Below are positions 1 to 7,182 of a stretch of DNA of 7,788 bases, piece by piece. Made by a program: the position numbers and the translations under genes. The stretch is from positions 1 through 7,788 of the forward strand of contig NW_021828758.1 in assembly GCF_006345805.1 (NCBI RefSeq), read 5' to 3'. Origin of the DNA: Octopus sinensis (lineage: Eukaryota). How positions within the stretch are numbered: position 1 is the first letter of the stretch; every line of letters begins with the position of its first letter. The notes under the pieces are model-generated. The model saw nothing but the letters and a program-made list of their open reading frames with translations. It did not search any database and had not been told where the DNA came from.

Positions 1-65
1 TATGCGGTGAAGCAAATTATTTTGCCGAAACCCTAATTATAAATATACTCATAATTATAAAAAAA

Positions 66-74
66 TATACATAC

Positions 75-106
<32 letters not shown>

Positions 107-310
107 GTAAACCAGCAATTTCAGACATACACATGTACACTCCCCCACATACATACATAAAGAACAATATACCTATACACACTTGCACATATATACAGAC
201 ACAGGTGTATACAAAGATTTGCGCTCATTCACATATACACTCGGTGATATACACGAGCTTAGAAACATACCCTTATAAAACACATACAGATATATACGCA
301 TGATATACAT
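66..310. repeat. (TA)n microsatellite grading into degenerate CA/TA low-complexity sequence
   Basis: Near-pure TA at 66-106, then CATACAC-like units. Confidence 0.85.
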
Positions 311-451
311 GTCATAGATCTCGACTCGGTTTCGGTGTAGCGTTTAATATGTTCCAGTAAATTCTTAAGAATTGTGCTACGCATGATGTATACACACCTT
401 ACGAATATACACTCACTCGCTCAATCACTTATATGTGTACGTATGAATACA

Positions 452-549
452 TGTGTGTGTGTATGTGTTTGCGTCTGCTTGTGTGTGCGTTTGTGCGTGT
501 GGTGTGTGTGGGGTGGTGGTGGTGACGGCGTGTGTTTGTTTGTGTGTGT
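452..549. repeat. Degenerate (GT)n microsatellite with a short (GGT)n stretch
   Basis: Direct reading of the sequence. Confidence 0.9.
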
Positions 550-744
550 TGTACTAGTGTATATACATACATAAAAGCAAATGTTAAGAGCAGGTGATGT
601 ATAACTTATCGATTAGGTTACAGGGAATTTTCTCTGATTAAAGAGATAAATCAATAAAAATCTTTTACTTTTCCGATTCTTTTTAATCTTTGCAAAACCA
701 TCAGCTCTCGTTACGGAAGTGGCAGCAAACAATAGTAGCAAATG

Positions 745-854
745 CCACATCATCACCACCACCACCATCACCACCATCATCACCATCACCACCACCATCA
801 ACACCACTACCCCCACTATCATCATCATCATTGTCATCATTTTCATCGACGTCG

Positions 855-913
<59 letters not shown>

Positions 914-945
914 GGCAACAACAAAAACAGTAGCAGCAGCAGTGT
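745..945. repeat. Compound trinucleotide repeat: CAC/CAT mix, pure (CAT)19 at 856-912, then CAA and CAG units
   Basis: Direct reading. It explains the poly-H, poly-S, poly-I and poly-M ORFs. Confidence 0.95.
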
Positions 946-1044
946 TATGGAAAACGTAATCAACGAATCATTGCTGATAATTTTTAAAGGAATCGTAGTC
1001 CAAACCAACAATACAAGTAAGAAACTAAAAAATGGATAGAACTC

Positions 1045-1140
1045 ATTCTGCGGTTGTTTGACCTGCTGGAAGAAGCACCCAAGCTCCATCAAATCACACA
1101 CTGCCGCTATAAACAGGGAACGTCACATTGGGTAATGAAA
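1045..1140 (+). repeat. Possible degenerate interspersed repeat fragment
   Basis: GTTTGACCTGCTGGAAGAAGCACCCAAGCTCCATCAAATCACACACTG resembles a recalled octopus repeat segment. It is based on recall only and has no in-window second copy. Confidence 0.3.
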
Positions 1141-1231
1141 TTCCAGATATAAAAGACGCTAGGATCACTTCTAAGGAAATGATTATGATCAAACATTTTC
1201 TTAATAATAGCAACCACAGCAACAACGAAAA

Positions 1232-1258
1232 CAGCAGCAGCAGCAGCAGCAGCAGCAG
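1232..1258. repeat. (CAG)9 microsatellite
   Basis: Direct reading. Confidence 0.95.
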
Positions 1259-1759
1259 TAGAATTTGTTTCTTATGGAGACACATGGTGTCTACACTAAC
1301 TAAAATGTATTGATATAGAAATAAGCGACATAGCAAGTATAAAATAATGTAATTTTTAGAAAGCCTCCTGAAGAAACGCATCTGCACTTATGACGCACAA
1401 CAACTGTTTGTATAGAATCTCACCCGCTGGGCACGGTGCGTGATGGGTCGAGACGATCGTAGTGAATGATAAAAAACTTCGTGAATTTAATTTTACTTCT
1501 CTCTCATACACATATCTATACGTATCCCTAGCTGCAGCTTCAACTGTGAACGCGGAACCTAATGTGTGACCAGTTATAGCACTTGCACTGTGTACCTATT
1601 CGTTTAGATCACCTGTGAACTAAACCACTCATATTCTAACGAACCTTCATGTTTTTTTTCCTTCGGTTTCATTGTATGTCTCCACTGTTCTGACTTGTTC
1701 CCAACTTTGACCCTCCATAAATCTCAAATTTTATTTTGATATTTATGGGAGCAACTGTC

Positions 1760-1998
1760 GTCGAAGACACATATTGTCGTTGATTGCTCGAAATAGGGAG
1801 TAAATAGACAGCTGACGACTGATGAAGGGTCGCTCTTGGTATTCTTTGTATTACTTGTCCTGCTTTCCTTTTTCATCTCTCGTTATTTGCGTATTTAACT
1901 CATTTGTTTTCGTATTTTATGTTGTTTACTGTTGACGTCCTGTACCCATATATGCACACACTCACACACACACACACACACACACACTACACACACAC

Positions 1999-2054
<56 letters not shown>

Positions 2055-2135
2055 TCTTCTCGAGTGCTAAACTAATACACCTGCTTGTTGTTCGTTCACC
2101 TGCCATCGTCTTCTGCTTTTTAATAAATTGCCTAA
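1760..2135 (+). mobile_element. Degenerate interspersed repeat (possibly Penelope-LTR-derived) split by a (CA)n/(TA)n tract
   Basis: GACGACTGATGAAGGG...TACTTGTCCTG...TTGACGTCCTGTACCCATATATGC, then a microsatellite, then CTAAACTAATACACCTGCTTGTTG. This resembles a recalled abundant octopus repeat. The class and boundaries are uncertain. Confidence 0.4.
1955..2052. repeat. Compound (CA)n-(TA)n microsatellite
   Basis: Direct reading. Confidence 0.95.
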
Positions 2136-2137
2136 CA

Positions 2138-2272
2138 CTTTGGAAGAGGTGGCTGATGTATTAAATTAAACCCAGTGCTCAACTGGTATTTGTTTTATCG
2201 AGCCTCGAAAGGATGAAAGGTAAGGGGGTGGGAATCTGAACGGTGAGCGTTAAGAGTCAGAAAAAAAAGCCG
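2138..2272 (-). mobile_element. Family B SINE, 5'-truncated copy
   Basis: The minus strand reads CGTTCAGATTCCC (B-box-like)...CCTTTCATCCTTTCGAGGCTCGATAAAACAAATACCAGTTGAGCACTGGG, matching the body at 4259-4306. No A-box head is seen and the boundaries are approximate. Confidence 0.75.
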
Positions 2273-2340
2273 CTCGTCCAAGATGCAGCATGGCCACAGT
2301 TCAGAGACTGAACCCAAAGAAGATAAAGAATAAAAGATGT
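2270..2340 (+). mobile_element. Probable 3' tail fragment of a SINE (family C-like)
   Basis: GCAGCATGGCCACAGTTCAGAGACTGAACCCAAAGAAGATAAAGAATAAAAGAT ends in short A-rich tandem units. It resembles a recalled octopus SINE tail and has no second copy in the window. Confidence 0.4.
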
Positions 2341-2730
2341 AATTCACAATTATTGAAAGGTTTGGAAACAACTCCTTTACCTCTTTCGACACGGCTGTTT
2401 ATTAACATCATAGATCTACGTTAAAATTTCTATTATTGTAATAATGGAATTAGAACGATGGTGTAAGATGTTATTGAGAATAGTATGCAAAATCCTTATG
2501 AAGTACAGAGATCTCCAACGTAATGGTATTATTGTGTATTATTTCTGTGTAAAATGTAGTGTATATTGTAAACACTGCAAATGCCAAGTGAAAATAAATG
2601 GACAATTATCCAAGAGGATGTTTTGGTTACAGTAAGAAAATCAAGATTTCTTGTGTTGATTGCAGTATAACTCGGTCAGTCGAATATTCGTTCGCTTGCC
2701 TAACAAAAACAAAGACTTCGGCATTTTTAG

Positions 2731-2759
2731 TATATATATATATATATATATATAATATA
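2731..2759. repeat. (TA)n microsatellite
   Basis: Direct reading. Confidence 0.95.
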
Positions 2760-2931
2760 GGATAACATTTTTCGAAAAAAGTTCTATCAATGGTCGACAT
2801 ATTAAAAAAGTACGTTTAAAGGTTAAATTTATAAGCAATTTATAAGTAAGGGCAAAGAAAAAATTTCTAATGCCAAAATATGCCGAAAATAGGCACAACG
2901 TCAATAACCATTATAATTCATCACTACAAGC

Positions 2932-2967
2932 ATATATATATATGTATAGACACACACACACACACGG

Positions 2968-3000
<33 letters not shown>
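2932..3000. repeat. Compound (TA)n-(CA)n-(TA)n microsatellite
   Basis: Direct reading. Confidence 0.95.
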
Positions 3001-3124
3001 AGTTCTTTTACACCCTTTACCATAAATGAGAATTTTTTCTCCACGGTAACTGCCGTGAATTTGCCATTGGTAGTTGAAATATGTCGCAAACGTAATTCAA
3101 ATAACCTAGAGTTCGTTTATACCT

Positions 3125-3274
3125 ATTTACTTCACCATTTACTTCAATTGCTGCTTCCCATTTGCTTGGCAGACGGTCAGACCGTCTTTTAAAGATGTTT
3201 TTGTTTATATTGTTATTACTTTTGTTGAATAAAATTTTTTGAAAAAAAGCGGCAATAATTGTGCACCAACCCAA
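3125..3274 (-). mobile_element. Mariner-derived non-autonomous fragment (one TIR plus transposase C-terminal remnant)
   Basis: The minus strand TTGGGTTGGTGCACAATTATTGCCGCTTTT (plus 3245-3274) resembles mariner TIRs of the Hsmar1/MADE1 type (TTAGGTTGGTGCAAAAGTAATTGCGG). Minus 3178-3131 encodes DRLPSKWEAAIEVNGE, matching the mariner C-terminal LPxRWxxxxxxxG motif. The second TIR is absent. Confidence 0.8.
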
Positions 3275-3285
3275 CACACACACAC

Positions 3286-3318
<33 letters not shown>

Positions 3319-3372
3319 TGTATGTATGTATGTATGTATGTATGTATGTATGTATGTAGTATGCATATATAT
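3275..3372. repeat. (CA)n followed by (TATG)17 (3289-3356)
   Basis: Direct reading. Confidence 0.95.
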
Positions 3373-3387
3373 TACTTTATATTTCAA

Positions 3388-3578
3388 GGCGGTGAGGTGG
3401 TAGAACCGCTTGCACGCCGGGCAAAATACTTTAGCAGCATTTCCTCCGTCTTTACGTTCTGTGTACAAATTCCGCCGAGCTGGACTTTAGTTTTCAACTT
3501 AACGGGGGTCGATGAAATATGCACCATTGATCACTGGAACGATGTAATTATTCAACCCATTGCATTAAATTTCTAGTT
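3388..3578 (+). mobile_element. Family B SINE, diverged copy
   Basis: GGCGGTGAGGTGGTAGAACCGCTTGCACGCCGGGCAAAATACTTTAGC...CAAATTCCGCCGAG...GGGGTCGATGAAATATGCACC is colinear with 4158-4310. The 3' boundary is approximate. Confidence 0.8.
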
Positions 3579-3579
3579 C

Positions 3580-3725
3580 TGTGATTAAGAATCTCGCTTT
3601 GCGACAACGTCGTTTCGGGTTTAGTCACTCTATGCAGCAACTGGGTTAAGTGCTTTCTTCTATAGTCCCCAACCAACCAACTCCTTGTGAATAAATTTAG
3701 TAGACAAATTCAATCAGCAGTCGTT
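3580..3725 (+). mobile_element. Family C SINE fragment (head plus CORE-like body), degenerate
   Basis: GTGATTAAGAATCTCGCTTTGCGA...TTTCGGGTTTAGTC...CTGGGTTAAGTG has a tRNA-like layout with a GGGTTYAGTC B-box remnant. It shares the exact 9-mer GCTTTGCGA, in inverted orientation, with 3786-3794. The family assignment relies on recalled octopus repeat sequence. Confidence 0.55.
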
Positions 3726-3747
3726 GGTTGACGCGAACCTCCATTAG

Positions 3748-3832
3748 AAAGTACCACACATAGGACTCAACCATATACCAAGTGCTCGCAAAGCCAGCCT
3801 CTTTACTAAACAACCATTCCTGCATCTATGTG
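3748..3832 (-). mobile_element. Family C SINE head fragment, degenerate
   Basis: The minus strand reads ATAGATGCAGGAATGGTTGTTTAGTAAAGAGGCTGGCTTTGCGAGCACTTGGTATATGGTTGAGTCC. It has A-box-like (TGGTTGTTTAG) and B-box-like (GGTTGAGTCC) remnants and is colinear with 3580-3630. Confidence 0.5.
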
Positions 3833-3924
3833 CTATGAAAACTCGTCGTGATTCCTTATCTTTTCTGAACAAGGATAACTTTTGTGCCGAATCTTACCAC
3901 GAACGGTAATGATTTGATAAAAAA

Positions 3925-4136
3925 GTATTCCTATTATAGGCACCAGGCCTGAAATTTTGTGAGGGATGGTCTAGTCGATTGCTTCGATCTTTCTACTCAA
4001 CTAGAACTTATTTCATCGATACCGAAAGAATCAAAGTCGACCTCGGTAACATTCGAACACAGGGCATAAAGAGTTACAAGAGATATTGCTAAGCTTTCTG
4101 TATGGCGTGCAAACCAATGTTGCGGATCGCCGTCTT
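3925..4136 (-). mobile_element. Family B SINE, older diverged copy with a different tail
   Basis: The minus strand reads GACGGCGATCCGCAACATTGGTTTGCACGCC...GCTTAGC...GTGTTCGAATGTTACCGAGGTCGACTTTG...CTTTCGGTATCGATGAAATAAGTTCTAG, colinear with 4158-4300. Its tail CACAAAATTTCAGGCCTGGTGCCTATAATAGG differs from that of the 4150 copy. Confidence 0.8.
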
Positions 4137-4149
4137 GGTAATCAATGTA

Positions 4150-4388
4150 GAAAAAAGGGCGGCGAGCTGGCAGAAACGTTAGCACGCCGGGCGAAATACT
4201 TAGCGGTATTTCGTCTGCTGTTATGTTCTGAATTCAAACTCCGCCGAGGTCGACTTTGCCTTTCATCCTTTCGGGGTCGATAAATTAAGTACCAGTCATG
4301 CACTGGTGTCGATATAATCGATTTAATCCTTGTGTCTGTCCTTGTTTGTCCCCTCTGTGTATAGCCCCTTGTGGGTAGTAAAGAAATA
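4150..4388 (+). mobile_element. tRNA-derived SINE (family B), best-preserved copy, with TSD
   Basis: Head GGCGGCGAGCTGGCAGAAACGTTAGC starts at 4158, with a degenerate B box GAATTCAAACTCC, a body GGTCGACTTTGCCTTTCATCCTTTCGGGGTCGATAAATTAAGTACCAG and an A-rich end. It is flanked by GGTAATCAATGTA (4137-4149) and GGTAATTAATGTA (4389-4401), 12/13 identical. It aligns by eye with three other copies in this window. Confidence 0.9.
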
Positions 4389-4772
4389 GGTAATTAATGT
4401 AATAATGTAATAATTTATAAACGCTTCGTTATTTTGTCTGGTCTGCCAGATTATTTATGTGAATTCTTGTGTTGAAACAAATTTTGTTGTGTCTTGTGAG
4501 TCGCTATGCCAATATTATCAACAGATGCTCTGATTCAATTTCACTCCCTTATTATTATTAGTCAATCGATTGTTCCTCTTAGTCAGTTACTGACTAAGAG
4601 TGAAGTCATTGAAAAGGTTGCAAATAACAGCGAAAGAGCTTTGACAAACAAAAGCAAAACAAACAACTTACTGTTTGATTTCATTAAACAAACAATCGAT
4701 TAGTTATTTGAACACTTAACCAATAGACTTATAACAAAGGACTGGAATTGAACCAGTGCATGTATTAATAAT

Positions 4773-5157
4773 GGAAGCACTCCGTCGGTTACGACGATGA
4801 GGGTTCCGGTTGATCCGAATCAACGGAACAGCCTGCTCGTGAAATTAACGTGTAAGTGGCTGAGCACTCCACAGACACGTGCACCCTTAACGTAGTTCTC
4901 GGAGATATTCAGCGTGACACAGAGAGCGACAAGGCCAGCCCCTTGAAATACAGGTACAACAGAAACAGGAAGTTAGAGTGAGAGAAAGTTGTGGTGAAAG
5001 AGTACAGCAGGGATCACCACCATCCCCTGCCGGAGCCTCGTGGAGCTTTTAAGTGTTTTCGTTCAATAAACACTCACAACACCCGGTCTGGGAATCGAAA
5101 CCGCGATCCTACGACCGCGAGTCTGCTGCCCTAACCACTGGGCCATTGCGCCTCCAC
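4773..5157 (-). mobile_element. tRNA-derived SINE (family A), apparently full length, with target-site duplication
   Basis: The minus strand starts GTGGAGGCGCAATGGCCCAGTGGTTAGGGCAGCAGACTCGCGGTCGTAGGATCGCGGTTTCGATTCCCAG. It has an A box TGGCCCAGTGG (plus 5135-5145) and a B-box-like GGTTTCGATTCC (plus 5091-5102), and the head resembles tRNA-Arg. It is flanked by TGTATTAATAAT (4761-4772) and TATATTAATAAT (5158-5169), 11/12 identical. It recalls octopus tRNA-Arg-derived SINEs (OR-type); the exact family is not assigned. Confidence 0.9.
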
Positions 5158-5647
5158 TATATTAATAATATTGGTATAATAACTCTCCTACGATACAACA
5201 AAATTAATAAAGGATTTTAAAGTAGGATGAACATAAATAAACTGGACAACTTATGAGCAAACTGAACCTGTTAAAATAACCTGAAGTTCGTTTGTGTAAT
5301 ATAGCTCCACTGCCAAACCTCAGACGATACTTTCTTTAGTAAATGTTCAGCGATCATTGAATCTTCTCTTTCTCACAGTTCTCATATAATCTCCTTCTTT
5401 ATAAACCGCCATCTTCCTTCATCAATCAACAGTCATATTGCAAACACAGACTCTATACTTTTACTCTTGGTCGTTTCAGTTTAATCGCTATTACATCCCC
5501 TTCTGCCATCTTTACCGCTATTTATATCTAATGTTAACTAAAACTTATTTCTCCCCCTACTTCCAGTTTTATTTAATTTTTTTTTCCATTTTAAATCTGC
5601 ACCACAAGTCTATCAACACACGCGCCACCCATCACTGATTCTCGCTT

Positions 5648-5770
5648 GAAAAAAAGAAAAAAAAACAAACAATAATGATAAATATATAAATAAGTTTATA
5701 AAAATAAAAAAAATAAAAGGAAAACCACAGAGAAAAACATAAAAACAAAACAAACCAAAAACCAAACAAA
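5648..5770. repeat. A-rich low-complexity tract (AAAAC/AAAAT-like units)
   Basis: Direct reading. Confidence 0.85.
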
Positions 5771-5894
5771 CTACTGTTGTTGAAATAATTCGGTTAATAT
5801 TTGTTAATTGTGTTCCTTATAAAGTACACCGCCCTTCATAAGAGGATAGATTAGAGTGGTGGTGATGATGTAAAATGTATAAATATAAAATTGC

Positions 5895-5960
5895 ATGCAC
5901 GCACGCACAAACACATACACGCGCGCACACACACACACACATATTCACACACACGCATAC
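5895..5960. repeat. Degenerate (CA)n/(CG)n microsatellite
   Basis: Direct reading. Confidence 0.85.
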
Positions 5961-6131
5961 AGTAATCGGGATACATACTCAGGCGAATGCATAAACGTTC
6001 GTATATGGATATGTAAGTTTATTCATTTGTAAAAGCAAGCACACATACTGTAACACATATATATTTATATATGTATGTACGTAAAATTTTTACACAGCAA
6101 AAAATGACGTTTTTACACGCATGCACCCAAG

Positions 6132-6160
6132 CACACACACACACACACACACATACACAC
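6132..6160. repeat. (CA)n microsatellite
   Basis: Direct reading. Confidence 0.9.
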
Positions 6161-6575
6161 TTATGTGTTATATATGCACACATATCTTACAAACGGCGAT
6201 AATAATTTTATCAGTTGCATGAAATTCATAATCGCTTAACGCCTACTACATGCCGCAGCAACAACACTAACATTATTGCAACCTCCAGAAGATAAGCCTG
6301 AGAAGGTCTTCACACATTAATGGACTTAGAAAAGTTATTATTATAAACAGCGCAACAAACTTAGAGACAATGAAAAATTCTTATTAAAACAGTTATCTCT
6401 TCATTATAGGAATTTCATATATAGAAATTTAGTCAAATACATTCGAATCGGTGGGTGAAATAGAATATGTTGTCGGCTACACAATTTTGAATGATTAGTA
6501 ATATCGAGAATGCTTACTCCGAATTATTCTAGGTGGCTTTTGCAGGTTCACCTAACTTGTCACCCTGAAGAGTTA

Positions 6576-6577
<2 letters not shown>

Positions 6578-6619
<42 letters not shown>
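6578..6619. repeat. (TG)21 microsatellite
   Basis: Direct reading. Confidence 0.95.
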
Positions 6620-6621
<2 letters not shown>

Positions 6622-6859
6622 GCTCTTATAAAGCTATAGGATGATACCCAAGCACTGGATTTTGAGAGCGTTGAATCTAACAGAAGAAGCAACTGTAATG
6701 TGTTGGAATTCATTGCATAATTTCTCATTTCTTTGTCATTTGTTTAATGTCTTATTATTGATCTGTACTCGACTGACGCTTCGTTCTGAAAGATATCTAT
6801 ATTAAGTTCTAACACCAAGTCATTAGTATCGCTATGCTTAAGAGAAATAATATGTTTTT

Positions 6860-6985
6860 TTTTCCCTCTCTATCTTTTATCTCTCCTCATCTAACTTTCC
6901 TGCAGAAGAGCCTACGCTTGAAACGTTAAAGATTTCTTCCATTTGACCAAGCCTCAACCGTACATCCTGTCAGCTGCTCTCCTTA
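6860..6985 (+). mobile_element. Penelope-like or retrozyme-like relic with a degenerate minimal hammerhead layout
   Basis: A pyrimidine run is followed by CTTTC-CTGCAGA-A-GAGC-CTAC-GCTT-GAAACGT-T-AAAG (6895-6931). The order and spacing match a type I minimal hammerhead, but the conserved core is mutated. Confidence 0.45.
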
Positions 6986-6986
6986 A

Positions 6987-7050
6987 ATATATATATATAT
7001 GTATATATATATATGTATATATATAATATATATATATATATATTATATAT

Positions 7051-7103
<53 letters not shown>

Positions 7104-7136
7104 ATATATATATGATATATATAATATATATATGTA

Positions 7137-7180
<44 letters not shown>
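6987..7180. repeat. Long interrupted (TA)n tract left of the RTE fragment
   Basis: Direct reading. Confidence 0.95.

Positions 7181-7182
<2 letters not shown>

Noticed and set aside
554-558. CTAG|T as a Helitron 3' terminus
   Set aside because: There is no upstream GC hairpin, only GT repeat.
856-912. (CAT)19 as the (ATG)n tail of a minus-strand RTE
   Set aside because: The adjacent sequence does not match the RTE 3' UTR seen at 7420-7441.
613-1101. Overlapping ORFs with poly-M/V, poly-S/P, poly-I/T and poly-H
   Set aside because: All are translations of one CAT/CAC repeat. There is no domain, no convincing splice context, and none of the GHG-type motifs of cephalopod His-rich beak proteins.
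1418-1453. GC-rich imperfect hairpin as a Helitron 3' end
   Set aside because: The stem is interrupted and no CTRR terminus follows at the expected distance.
2663-2690. CAGTATAACTCGGTCAGTCGAA resembling a pogo/Tigger TIR start
   Set aside because: It is not preceded by TA and I found no matching inverted end in the window.
3905-3920. GGTAAT as the TSD partner for the 3925-4136 SINE
   Set aside because: Only 6 nt match 4137-4142 exactly, which is too short in AT-rich DNA.
5085-5157. Possible tRNA gene
   Set aside because: Acceptor, anticodon and T stems do not pair properly. It continues into a SINE body bounded by a TSD.
5362-5530. Acceptor-like TCTTCTCTTTCTCACAG followed by an open frame of about 50 codons
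   Set aside because: The peptide is unrecognisable and no partner exon or donor could be supported.
6860-6905. Strong-looking 3' splice acceptor (pyrimidine run plus CAG)
   Set aside because: All three downstream frames stop within about 40 nt and no donor is evident. The sequence is better explained as a repeat relic, though a non-coding exon cannot be excluded.
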